NCBI GenBank assembly: GCA_045617565.1
Contig: JAZLIU010000173.1
Coordinates: 1 to 43,241, forward strand
Length of the DNA stretch: 43,241 nt
Direction of reading: 5' to 3'
From: Oscillospiraceae bacterium
GTDB taxonomy: Bacteria; Bacillota; Clostridia; Oscillospirales; Oscillospiraceae
The position numbers and the translations under genes were made by a program. The notes below the pieces were generated by a model. The model made no database searches. It was not told where the DNA came from and saw only the letters and a program-made list of their open reading frames with translations. Numbering within the stretch: the stretch's first letter is position 1; every line of letters begins with the position of its first letter. Positions 19,628-28,966 of the stretch are shown piece by piece.

Positions 19628-20704
19628 ATGAAATACGCGCTCATCGGCTGCGGCCGTATTGCCGTCAATCACATTAAGGCGGCGCTCAATAACAAGCTGG
19701 AGCTTGTCGCCGTGTGCGATATCCATCCCGAAAAAATGGAAGCGCTCCTCGCCAAATTCGAGCTGCAAAATGATACCTCCATCGCCCGTTATACCGATTA
19801 CAAAAAGATGCTCGCCGAGCACGGCGAGCTGGAGCTGGTGAGCATCGCCACGGAGAGCGGCGTGCACGCCGAGATCGCCCTGTACTGCATCGACGCGGGC
19901 GTGAACGTCATCATCGAAAAGCCCATAGCGATGAGCATGGCGGACGCGGAGGAAATCGTCCGCCGCAGCGGGGAAAAGCATGTCAAGGTCGCCGCCTGCC
20001 ACCAGAACCGCTTCAATCTCGCCGTGCAGGAGACTCGCCGCGCGCTCGAAGCCGGCCGCTTCGGAAGGCTGTCTCACGGCAGCATCCATGTGCGCTGGAA
20101 CCGCGACCGCGCGTATTACGAGCAGGCGCCGTGGCGCGGCAAATGGGCGAGCGACGGCGGCTGCCTGATAAATCAGTGCATCCACGGCATCGACCTGCTG
20201 CGCTGGATGATGGGCGACGAGGTTTCGGAGGTCTACGGCGTTACCCGCCAACAGTTCCATGACTACTTGGAGGCCGAGGACGTCGGCATGGCGGTGGTGA
20301 AGTTCAAAAACGGCGCGATCGGCACGATCGAGGGCACCGTCAACGTCTATCCGAAAAATCTGGAGGAGACACTGTATCTCTTCGGTGAAACGGGCACGGT
20401 GAAGCTCGGCGGCAAGTCCACGAATACCATCGACGTGTGGGACTTTGCCGATGAGGACGCAGATGACGCCGCCAACAAGGGCTTGCAGGAGGCAACGAGC
20501 AACGTCTACGGCAACGGCCACACGAGTCTTTTTGCCGACATGATGGACGCCATCGAGCATGACCGCAGCCCCTATGTGGACGCTGTCGCCGGCCGCAACG
20601 CGCTGGAGATGATTTTGGCGGTCTACAAAAGCCAGAAGACCGGAGCGCCGGTCAAACTCCCGCTCACGGATTTCGCCAGCGCCGATATGTCGGGAAGCTT
20701 TTGA
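19628..20704 (+). CDS. wbpB: Gfo/Idh/MocA oxidoreductase, WbpB-like
   Basis: GCGRIA, EKP, HQNRFN, WRGKWASDGG, NQCIHGIDLL. Confidence 0.8.
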   Translation: MKYALIGCGRIAVNHIKAALNNKLELVAVCDIHPEKMEALLAKFELQNDTSIARYTDYKKMLAEHGELELVSIATESGVHAEIALYCIDAGVNVIIEKPIAMSMADAEEIVRRSGEKHVKVAACHQNRFNLAVQETRRALEAGRFGRLSHGSIHVRWNRDRAYYEQAPWRGKWASDGGCLINQCIHGIDLLRWMMGDEVSEVYGVTRQQFHDYLEAEDVGMAVVKFKNGAIGTIEGTVNVYPKNLEETLYLFGETGTVKLGGKSTNTIDVWDFADEDADDAANKGLQEATSNVYGNGHTSLFADMMDAIEHDRSPYVDAVAGRNALEMILAVYKSQKTGAPVKLPLTDFASADMSGSF

Positions 20705-20741
20705 ATTTTGGGCAAACGGATAAACTCGTCGTGGAGGGCAT

Positions 20742-21914
20742 ATGAACATACTTCTGATCTCATCCGGAAATTATGATTATGATGGACGCTTGCGCGAGCT
20801 GATGGCTGTTTTCAGTTCGTTGGGCACTTTGTCTGCGTTTACAGCTGGCTCTGTGCCCTGTCACGCGCGTCATTACATTTACAAAACGCCGGCGCGTTTC
20901 GATCTTGAAAATTTCCCGCCGGAAAAGCTGGCGCGTTATCAGAAAAACCGTCTGCTCTGGCGCTGGTGCCGCACGGCTGACTACCTGTGCTTTATCAAAA
21001 GGGCGATCTCTCTGGCAAAGCAGCAGGGTGGCATCGACCTGTTGGTGTTGGACAATCAAAAGGCTGCGCTTCCCGGTATGCTGATTAAGAAACTCTTCCG
21101 TCCCCGCTCTGTATTGCAGGACTGCCGTGAGTGCTACCTGAAAGAAGAGATGCGCACCGTGCTGGAAAAGCAGATGTGCCGCTTTGAGGGGTTCAGCATC
21201 CGCCGGGCGAACATCATCGTAGCAGCTAATCAGGAACGAGCAGACTTTATGCGCCGATATTATCATTTGAAAGAGACGCCGTTGGTCTTTGAAAATCTGC
21301 GGCAGCTGCAATATTCTTCGGATTTTGACCCGTCCCAACTGCCGCGAGAACTGGTCCGTCTGTTGGAAAAGAACGAATTTCGCGTGTTGGCCACAGCGGG
21401 CTGTGACTGTTCCCGTCTGAATGATGTGTTAACGGAAAATTTTCACCGAACAGGGGCGCAGTGCCGTCTGCTGCTGGCGGGTTCCTCCGGCGCAGAGGAT
21501 ATTTCCACCATTGAGGAGATCATCCGCCGGCAAAAGCTGGATCGTGTGACCATTTTGGGACGTGTCGACCAGAATACGCTGAAATATCTGGTCCAACATT
21601 CTCATGTGGGTATCGTCAGCTATCATCAGAAGGATCTGAACAACCGCTTCTGCGCCTCGGGCAAGCTATTTGAGTTCATTTATGAGGGCATTCCGGTCGT
21701 GACCACCACAAATCCGCCGCTCAAGCGGCTTTGCGCAGCGGGGGTTGGCGTAGCGGATGATACCTTCGCCGATGGGATCAACGAAGTGCGCACCCATTAT
21801 GATGCGTATCGCAAAAGTGCGTCTGCGTATGCCGCTGACCATACAGTCGAGCAAAACCGCCTCGACTTTGCGGCTCAGCTGAGCCACTGTTTGTCAATAC
21901 AGAATTCTGATTAA
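20742..21914 (+). CDS. GT-B (family 4-like) glycosyltransferase
   Basis: YDGR, DCRE, FCASGKLFEFIYEGIPVV. Confidence 0.72.
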   Translation: MNILLISSGNYDYDGRLRELMAVFSSLGTLSAFTAGSVPCHARHYIYKTPARFDLENFPPEKLARYQKNRLLWRWCRTADYLCFIKRAISLAKQQGGIDLLVLDNQKAALPGMLIKKLFRPRSVLQDCRECYLKEEMRTVLEKQMCRFEGFSIRRANIIVAANQERADFMRRYYHLKETPLVFENLRQLQYSSDFDPSQLPRELVRLLEKNEFRVLATAGCDCSRLNDVLTENFHRTGAQCRLLLAGSSGAEDISTIEEIIRRQKLDRVTILGRVDQNTLKYLVQHSHVGIVSYHQKDLNNRFCASGKLFEFIYEGIPVVTTTNPPLKRLCAAGVGVADDTFADGINEVRTHYDAYRKSASAYAADHTVEQNRLDFAAQLSHCLSIQNSD

Positions 21915-22239
21915 GGAGCTAATCATGCCGACCTATTCCATTATTATCCCCGTTTATAACGTGGAGGCGTATCTTCCCGCCTGTCTGGACAGTGTGCTCG
22001 CGCAGGACAGCGCCTCGGACTACGAGGTCATCCTTGTGGACGACGGCTCGACCGATCGCAGCGGCGCCAGCTGCGACGAATACGCCGCAAAGCATCCCGC
22101 TTTTCGCGTGATCCACAAACCAAACGGCGGCCTCAGCGCAGCCCGCAACGCGGGACTGGACGCGGCGCAGGGCGGGTACGTTCTGTTTTTGGACAGCGAT
22201 GACCTGTGGAAGCCGGAGCTGCTGTCCACAATGGATACC
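21914..22239 (+). repeat. Direct repeat copy 1 (RBS + first ~105 codons of GT2)
   Basis: Matches 22925-23250 with about 10 mismatches in 326 nt (manual count). Confidence 0.92.
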
Positions 22240-22872
22240 CTTTTGACGCAGGAGCCGGACATGGCGGCATTCGGCTATGAAAAGTTTTATCCCGATGGAA
22301 CGCGGGAAAGCTTCCCGCTGTACGCCATCGGGTGCCCGCTGTCCGGCGGGGACTTTTGCCGTGACCATGACCGGAGAAAACTGCTGCCGCCCACAAGTGC
22401 CTGTATGTTTTTGTACCGCCGGGCATTTTTGGGGGGACTGCGCTTTGAAGAGGGACTGACCTATTGCGAGGACCTATCCTTTAATTTCTGCGTCTTTGCC
22501 TGCGCGGAGCGGGTGCTTCAGCTTGCCCGGCCGCTGTACCTGTATCGGGGACGGCGAGAGGGGAGCATCACCTATACCAATACGCCCCAAAAAATTTATG
22601 ACGATCTGCGGATGATTGCCCGGTCTTATTGTTTGATACCTCTGCCCACGCTGGCGAATTACTTTTGTATACGGATCTACGGCGTGGCCGGGTTTTCAAA
22701 GGGGGAGATGGGGGAGGTGCTGGCGCTGATCGAGGCCAATCGTGACATTCTTGAAGCAGTCACCGGCTGGCGGATGCGGCTTGCGCGTTTTCTCTACCGC
22801 ACGCTCGGTATTTACCGCGGCGGCAAAGTATACCTGAAGCTCATCGATTTCAAACACTTTTTAGGATTATAA
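21925..22872 (+). CDS. Family 2 glycosyltransferase (copy 1)
   Basis: SIIIPVYNVE, DDGSTD, NGGLSAARNAG, FLDSDD, CED. Confidence 0.92.
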   Translation: MPTYSIIIPVYNVEAYLPACLDSVLAQDSASDYEVILVDDGSTDRSGASCDEYAAKHPAFRVIHKPNGGLSAARNAGLDAAQGGYVLFLDSDDLWKPELLSTMDTLLTQEPDMAAFGYEKFYPDGTRESFPLYAIGCPLSGGDFCRDHDRRKLLPPTSACMFLYRRAFLGGLRFEEGLTYCEDLSFNFCVFACAERVLQLARPLYLYRGRREGSITYTNTPQKIYDDLRMIARSYCLIPLPTLANYFCIRIYGVAGFSKGEMGEVLALIEANRDILEAVTGWRMRLARFLYRTLGIYRGGKVYLKLIDFKHFLGL

Positions 22873-22924
22873 GTCAACGAGCGTCCGCGCTATGCGTTAT
22901 TTCCTGCAAGGAAAATCAAAGCTG

Positions 22925-23250
22925 AGGAGCTAATCATGCCGACCTATTCCATTATTATCCCCGTTTATAACGTGGAGGCGTATCTTCCCGCCTGTCTGGA
23001 CAGTGTTCTCGCGCAGGATACCGCCTCGGACTACGAGGTCATCCTTGTGGACGACGGCTCTACCGATCGCAGCGGCGTCATCTGCGATGAATACGCCGCA
23101 AAGCATCCCGCTTTTCGCGTGATCCACAAACCAAACGGCGGCGTCAGCGCAGCCCGCAACGCGGGACTGGACGCGGCGCAGGGCGGGTACGTTCTGTTTT
23201 TGGACAGCGATGACCTATGGAAGCCGGAGCTGCTGTCCACAATGGACACC
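22925..23250 (+). repeat. Direct repeat copy 2
   Basis: Offset of 1011 nt from copy 1. Confidence 0.92.
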
Positions 23251-23895
23251 TTTCTGGACAGGCAGCCGGATATCGTGCAGTTCTGCTTTCAGTGTTTTCA
23301 TGAGGGCGGCTTGCAGGACGCTGTCCATCCCGGCGTCTTCCCCCACGGTGAGGATGGCGCAAGCTGGCTGGAACGCACATTCTCACAGAACGGATACATG
23401 ATCTGGGCGGTGTGGAGCCGCCTATACCGCCGGTCTTTTTTGGAGGAGCATCCGTTCCGGTTTATTGAGGGGGTTTCCTATGCGGAGGATATGGATTTTC
23501 ACCTCACCTCGCTTCCGTATGCCAAGCGGGTAGAGAGTACCGATCAGGTTTTGCTGCTCTACCGTGTGCGCAGCACGGGGCTTGCCCTCACCGTTTCCGA
23601 GAAATCTGTCCGCGCACAACTGACCTATTATGCGAAATGGGCTCGGGAATATCGAACGCCTTCTCTTGGGAATGGATTTGTTGGCGCATGCTTCCAAATC
23701 TGCCGGCTTGGCTCCAGCCGGGATACGAAGGCTTTGCAGGAACTGTTCTGGCGCAATCGGGATGTTCTTCGTTTCACAGACGGGTATTCCCGTTTGCTTG
23801 CCGGGCTGGTTCGTCTGTTCGGCATCTACGGAGGGTGCGGGTGCTATCGGTTTCTGCTTGCCGTTAAGCACTGCTTCAGGCAGAGCAGGACATAA
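22936..23895 (+). CDS. Family 2 glycosyltransferase (copy 2)
   Basis: Same N-terminal motifs as copy 1; divergent C-terminus (VWSRLYRR, YAED). Confidence 0.92.
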   Translation: MPTYSIIIPVYNVEAYLPACLDSVLAQDTASDYEVILVDDGSTDRSGVICDEYAAKHPAFRVIHKPNGGVSAARNAGLDAAQGGYVLFLDSDDLWKPELLSTMDTFLDRQPDIVQFCFQCFHEGGLQDAVHPGVFPHGEDGASWLERTFSQNGYMIWAVWSRLYRRSFLEEHPFRFIEGVSYAEDMDFHLTSLPYAKRVESTDQVLLLYRVRSTGLALTVSEKSVRAQLTYYAKWAREYRTPSLGNGFVGACFQICRLGSSRDTKALQELFWRNRDVLRFTDGYSRLLAGLVRLFGIYGGCGCYRFLLAVKHCFRQSRT

Positions 23896-23922
23896 GATCT
23901 TCGATCAGGAAAGGAATACCCG

Positions 23923-24906
23923 ATGATCCATATTGAAAGCATGGGCGGATTCGGCAACCAACTGTTTATCTACGCGATGGCGCGGGCCATTCAACTGGAG
24001 ACCGGCGAGGGCATCACGCTGTACGATTACCACCGGACTCCCGACGTCCCGCACGTAACGCGCCAGCTCGAGCGCGTCATCTCCCCGCAGGCAAACATAC
24101 GCTTTGTGGAGAAAACACCGGACGATCTCCCGTATTATCTGGAGCTTGCCCCGATCCGCAGTTTCCTTTTTCGCGCATTGCGCAAGGCGTATCTTGCGGC
24201 GTTTTGCCGCCGGAGCACGCAGCCCGACTATCAGGTTGAAAAAGCGCTCGCGCCGTTCTGGAACCGTCTGGGCTTCTACTTCGTGACGGACGGATACGTT
24301 CCCCTTCAGCGCCTTTCCCGCTGGAAAGACTGTTTTTATCAGGGCTATTTCCAATCCCGCAAATTCTGGGGGGCGCACACCGACGAGCTCCGCGCGGAGC
24401 TGCGCCATCCCGAGCTTATCGCGCTGGAAAGCACAGCGTACCTGACGCAGATCCAAAACACGAATTCCATCTGTCTGCACATCCGTCTGGGCGATTACGT
24501 AAATAACCCCGCCGCCCGCCGTGTGCATTATGTGTGCGACGAGACCTATTATCAAAAAGCCGTGCAGGCGGCGATGGAGCGTCTTGAAAACCCCACCTTT
24601 TTCGCCTTTTCCAATGAGCCGGACAAAGCGAAAGCCATCCCATTTCCCACCGGTGCAAACATCGTCTGGCTGCCGGAGGGCGATGCCGTCAGCGACCTGC
24701 AGCTGATGGCGCAGTGCCGGCACTTTATCGTAGCCAACTCCAGCTACAGCTGGTGGGCGCAGCTTCTGGGCGCCGCGCCGGACAAAACGGTCTATGCTCC
24801 GCAGCGCTGGTTCCGCAGCGATAAGCCCGTCGATCTTTATGAGGACGACTGGATCCTGATCCCCATTACACAGCTCCCTGCGGGTGAGGTGAAACGTGAG
24901 AACTGA
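23923..24906 (+). CDS. Alpha-1,2-fucosyltransferase (GT11)
   Basis: GGFGNQLF, GYFQS, HIRLGDY, ANSSYSWWA; GDP-fucose genes downstream. Confidence 0.9.
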   Translation: MIHIESMGGFGNQLFIYAMARAIQLETGEGITLYDYHRTPDVPHVTRQLERVISPQANIRFVEKTPDDLPYYLELAPIRSFLFRALRKAYLAAFCRRSTQPDYQVEKALAPFWNRLGFYFVTDGYVPLQRLSRWKDCFYQGYFQSRKFWGAHTDELRAELRHPELIALESTAYLTQIQNTNSICLHIRLGDYVNNPAARRVHYVCDETYYQKAVQAAMERLENPTFFAFSNEPDKAKAIPFPTGANIVWLPEGDAVSDLQLMAQCRHFIVANSSYSWWAQLLGAAPDKTVYAPQRWFRSDKPVDLYEDDWILIPITQLPAGEVKREN

Positions 24907-26413
24907 AAAAGCATTCAGAAATTCCATAACCTCGATCGGAACATACCTTTTGATCCTCGTGCTCGGTCTTGTGACACGCCGTCTGATGCTTCAGGAGTTT
25001 GAGACGGAGCTGGTGGGCTACGACGCCCTCCTTTCCAACATTTTCGGCATCGTCGCCATCGCGGATTTTGGTTCGGACGGTCTGTTTATCTACCGATTTT
25101 ACGGCGCTTTTGCCCAAAACGACACCCGGAAAATTTCAAAGCTGCTGGGAATGTACCGCACGCTCTGCGCGATCATCGGCATCGGCATCGCTGTCGCATT
25201 GGTCGTTGTGTTTTTCCTGCTCCCCTCTATTTTTGCCGGGAAAGTCACGATGTGGGGCTATTTCCGGTTGATGTTCCTCCTTTATGCGCTTTCCAACGTG
25301 ATCGCCTATTTCCTTAATTATCGCCGGTCCCTCTTTGTCGCCGCACAGAAGGAATATCGGGTCATTTGGGTCGAAACGGCGTGCCGTATCGCTCTTTTGG
25401 CTGCCAAAGCCATTCTTCTTTTTGCAGCGCCGGATTTCCTGATATACTTAATTCTCACCTGCGTCTCAGGCATTCTCTCTCAGGTTCTTGTGGTCTTTCT
25501 TTCCAGGCGGGAATTTCCCGATATCGTTCCTGTAAAGGCGTCTTTTGCCGACTACAAAGCCGAGGGCTTTTTCAGCGATATCAAAAATCTGTATCTCACC
25601 AAGTTCTATTATACCGTCAATATGTCCACGGACAGTCTGCTCATCGCGTTTCTGGCAAATGCCCTGTCCGTCACACTTTACAGCAACTATATCCTCATCG
25701 GCGGCAGTGTGATCACAATCGTCTTCAAGCTGATCGCTCCGCTGGGCGCCAGTGTCGCGGAAGCCGTCAATACGGAGAGCAAAGAGGATCTGCTCGGACT
25801 GTATCGGATGCTCGATATGATCTGCTTTTTTGTCGCTTCGGTGGTATTTTCCGGCTTTGTCGTTGTCTTTCAAAGCGCGATCCCCGTTTTCTTCGGCGAA
25901 CAGTTTCTGCTGCCGTTCAGCTTTGTGCTGGCGTATGGATTCTATGCGTATGTGTATGTAAAGCTGGAATCCGTGTCGCTGTTCCGCGGCAGCTTCGGCG
26001 ATTTTCAGGTCAGCCGCCGCTACGACGGCTACAGCATGGTGTGTAACCTCGCCGTATCCTTCCTGCTCTTTCAATGGCTCGGCATCGCCGGTATCACGCT
26101 CGGCACCGCAGTCTCCCTCCTCGTCATCTGGCATGGCCGCTTTCAGGTGGTGGAGTCCCATCTCTTCCATCGCCGCATCAGCGCCTTGTGGGGGCGGGAG
26201 CTCCTCCAGTTTTCTCTGGCAGCCGCGCAGACCCTTATCGCCTGGCTTCTGACAAGATCGCTGCCCGTTTCCGTTGCCGGAATGCTGCTGCGCTGCGTCA
26301 TCGCCGTCGCAGTCCCCAGTGTGATCAATCTCGCAATTTTCGCCCGCACAGAGGCATTTGCCACCCTTTTGGCGAAGCTGAAAGCTTTGCTCGAAAGCAA
26401 ACGCTGCTTTTAA
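24896..26413 (+). CDS. wzx: Oligosaccharide flippase (Wzx/MOP family)
   Basis: 505 aa with many hydrophobic segments; MRT..AFRN start, LYSNY, GIAGITLGT. Confidence 0.8.
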   Translation: MRTEKAFRNSITSIGTYLLILVLGLVTRRLMLQEFETELVGYDALLSNIFGIVAIADFGSDGLFIYRFYGAFAQNDTRKISKLLGMYRTLCAIIGIGIAVALVVVFFLLPSIFAGKVTMWGYFRLMFLLYALSNVIAYFLNYRRSLFVAAQKEYRVIWVETACRIALLAAKAILLFAAPDFLIYLILTCVSGILSQVLVVFLSRREFPDIVPVKASFADYKAEGFFSDIKNLYLTKFYYTVNMSTDSLLIAFLANALSVTLYSNYILIGGSVITIVFKLIAPLGASVAEAVNTESKEDLLGLYRMLDMICFFVASVVFSGFVVVFQSAIPVFFGEQFLLPFSFVLAYGFYAYVYVKLESVSLFRGSFGDFQVSRRYDGYSMVCNLAVSFLLFQWLGIAGITLGTAVSLLVIWHGRFQVVESHLFHRRISALWGRELLQFSLAAAQTLIAWLLTRSLPVSVAGMLLRCVIAVAVPSVINLAIFARTEAFATLLAKLKALLESKRCF

Positions 26414-26796
26414 GGATCGACGGCAACGCAAGCCTGCCCGGAAACTCTCTTTTTGAAAAGATCCTGCGCGCCGTCACCCCCGAAGAGCTTTCCGCCTCCG
26501 GCTTCAGCGAATATGAGACCTATGGTACTTACATCTATCTGTATCACCCCGAAAAGGCAGCGCTTCGCAAGCTGAACACCCTGCGTATCGGGCGAACCTA
26601 TTTCGGCGATACAATTCAGGACAGTGAACTTAAGTGGCTTGCAAGTTCTTTCGACTCCGTGTCGTTTGAGAGATGGGATGTCCCCAGCAAAAAGCAATTT
26701 GTGTGGAGAAATCCCGTTTTCCGCGCACTGTTTTCGGCTTCTGAGATGATAGCGCTGAAAACCCGTTTTTCAAACGCTCTTTCACGGGTCAAATAA
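26414..26796 (+). pseudogene. 5'-truncated remnant of a glycosyltransferase-like gene (DUF6492-like C-terminus)
   Basis: Open frame with no RBS or start: FEKILRAV...GFSEYETYGTY...SFERW, stop at 26794-96. Confidence 0.55.
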
Positions 26797-26866
26797 CAAA
26801 GCTGCTGATGCCGCTTTTTTCAAGCCGCATACATCGCTTTCACATTATGAGCTGACAAAAAAATTT

Positions 26867-26911
26867 TGGCAGGGGTACCCCTGCCATGCTCTATTCTTCG
26901 AATAGAGCATG
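26867..26911. repeat. Two abutting palindromes upstream of gmd
   Basis: TGGCAGGGGT/ACCCCTGCCA (26867-86); CATGCTCTATTC-ttc-GAATAGAGCATG (26885-911). Confidence 0.85.
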
Positions 26912-26947
26912 ATAATCCTTAAAGGAAAAGAGGCGTGAAACGACTCT

Positions 26948-27988
26948 ATGAAAACCGCACTCATCACCGGTATCACCGGACAGGACGGCAGCTACCTTGC
27001 CGAATTCCTGCTTGAAAAGGGCTACGAGGTCCACGGACTGGTGCGCCGCACCTCCGTTTCCAACACCTCGCGCATCGACCATCTTCTTGCGCCTAACCGC
27101 ATCACGCTGCACTTAGGCGACATGGCGGACGCGGCGAGCATCATCCGCATCGTCTCCGAGGTGCGTCCCGACGAGATCTACAACCTCGCCGCGCAGAGCC
27201 ATGTGGCGCTCAGCTTTGACGCGCCGGAGTACGCCGGCGACATCGACGCCCTCGGCACGCTCCGTATTTTGGAGGCGGTGCGCATCCTCGGTCTCACCAA
27301 GACCTGCCGCGTCTATCAGGCGTCCACGAGCGAGCTGTTCGGCAAGGTCGAGGAGGTGCCCCAGCGCGAGACGACGCCGTTCCACCCCTTCAGCCCCTAC
27401 GCTGTTGCCAAGCAGTACGGCTTCTGGATGGTCAAGGAGTACCGCGACGCCTACGGGATGTACGCCTGCAACGGCATCCTCTTCAACCACGAATCCGAGC
27501 GCCGCGGCGAAAACTTCGTCACCCGCAAGATCACCCTCGCCGCCGGACGCATCGCCGAGGGTCTTCAGGACAAGCTCTACCTCGGCAATATGGACTCTCT
27601 GCGCGACTGGGGCTACGCCCGCGATTATGTCGAGTGTATGTGGCTGATGCTCCAGCAGGACGAGCCGCAGGACTTCGTCATCGCCACCGGTGTGCAGCAC
27701 ACCGTGCGCGAGTTCACGGAGCTTGCGTTCCGCTATGTCGGCATCGAGCTTGCGTGGCAGGGCAGCGGTCTGGACGAAAAGGGCGTCGACAAGGCAAGCG
27801 GCCGCGTACTGGTGGAGGTCAGCCCCGCGTTCTACCGCCCCACGGACGTTGTGAATCTTCTCGGCGACCCGACGAAGGCAAAGACGGTCTTGGGCTGGAA
27901 CCCGCAAAAAACCAGCTATGAAGAGCTTGCCCGCATCATGGCGGAGCACGACCTCGCGCTCGCCAAGCGCGAAGCTCAGGCAAAATAA
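26948..27988 (+). CDS. gmd: GDP-mannose 4,6-dehydratase
   Basis: [44 protein letters not shown]. Confidence 0.97.
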   Translation: MKTALITGITGQDGSYLAEFLLEKGYEVHGLVRRTSVSNTSRIDHLLAPNRITLHLGDMADAASIIRIVSEVRPDEIYNLAAQSHVALSFDAPEYAGDIDALGTLRILEAVRILGLTKTCRVYQASTSELFGKVEEVPQRETTPFHPFSPYAVAKQYGFWMVKEYRDAYGMYACNGILFNHESERRGENFVTRKITLAAGRIAEGLQDKLYLGNMDSLRDWGYARDYVECMWLMLQQDEPQDFVIATGVQHTVREFTELAFRYVGIELAWQGSGLDEKGVDKASGRVLVEVSPAFYRPTDVVNLLGDPTKAKTVLGWNPQKTSYEELARIMAEHDLALAKREAQAK

Positions 27989-28006
27989 AGAAAGAACAGA
28001 AGTGAT

Positions 28007-28951
28007 ATGATGGAAAAAAACGCGAAAATTTTTGTGGCAGGACACCGCGGCATGGTCGGCTCCGCCATCTGCCGCGAGCTTGCGCGGCAGGGCTATACGA
28101 ATCTCGTCACCCGCACGCACAAAGAGCTCGACCTGTGCAATCAGGCAGCCGTCGATGCTTTCTTTGCCGCGGAAAAGCCCGAATATGTATTCTTGGCCGC
28201 CGCCAAAGTGGGCGGCATCATGGCCAACGAATCCGCGCTGGCGGATTTTATGTATGACAACATGATCCTCGAAATGAATGTCGTACACGCGGCATGGAAA
28301 AGCGGCTGCAAAAAGCTGGAGTTCCTCGGCTCGTCCTGCATCTATCCGCGTCTTGCGCCCCAGCCGATGAAGGAGGACTGTCTGCTCACCGGCGCATTGG
28401 AAAAGACAAATGAGGCTTACGCGCTTGCTAAAATTTCAGGTCTGAAATACTGCGAATTTCTCAACCGACAGTACGGCACAGACTATATCTCTGTTATGCC
28501 CACCAACCTCTATGGCCCGAATGATAACTACCATCCCACCCACTCCCATGTCCTGCCGGCCCTTATTCGCCGTTTCCACGAAGCAAAAGAATCCGGGGCA
28601 GAAAGCGTCACATGTTGGGGCGATGGCAGCCCCCTGCGTGAATTCTTATATGTAGATGATCTTGCCAATCTCTGTGTGTTCCTCATGAATCACTATTCCG
28701 GCGATGAGACAGTCAACGCCGGTACGGGAAAAGAACTTACTATCAAGGCTCTTACAGAGCTTGTTGCCCAAGTTGTTGGCTATGCGGGTGACATCTTGTG
28801 GGATACCAGCAAGCCGAATGGCACCCCGCGCAAGCTCCTTGATGTTTCCAAAGCGACCGCCCTCGGCTGGACATACCGGACCGAGCTGGAGGAGGGCATT
28901 CGCCTCACCTATGAAGATTTTCTGCACAATCCCATGCGCGCAGAACGGTAA
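28007..28951 (+). CDS. fcl: GDP-L-fucose synthase
   Basis: AGHRGMVGSA, AAAKVGGI, GSSCIYP, YALAK, MPTNLYGP, REFLYVDDLA. Confidence 0.96.
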   Translation: MMEKNAKIFVAGHRGMVGSAICRELARQGYTNLVTRTHKELDLCNQAAVDAFFAAEKPEYVFLAAAKVGGIMANESALADFMYDNMILEMNVVHAAWKSGCKKLEFLGSSCIYPRLAPQPMKEDCLLTGALEKTNEAYALAKISGLKYCEFLNRQYGTDYISVMPTNLYGPNDNYHPTHSHVLPALIRRFHEAKESGAESVTCWGDGSPLREFLYVDDLANLCVFLMNHYSGDETVNAGTGKELTIKALTELVAQVVGYAGDILWDTSKPNGTPRKLLDVSKATALGWTYRTELEEGIRLTYEDFLHNPMRAER

Positions 28952-28966
28952 GGAAAGGGTCTCCCC

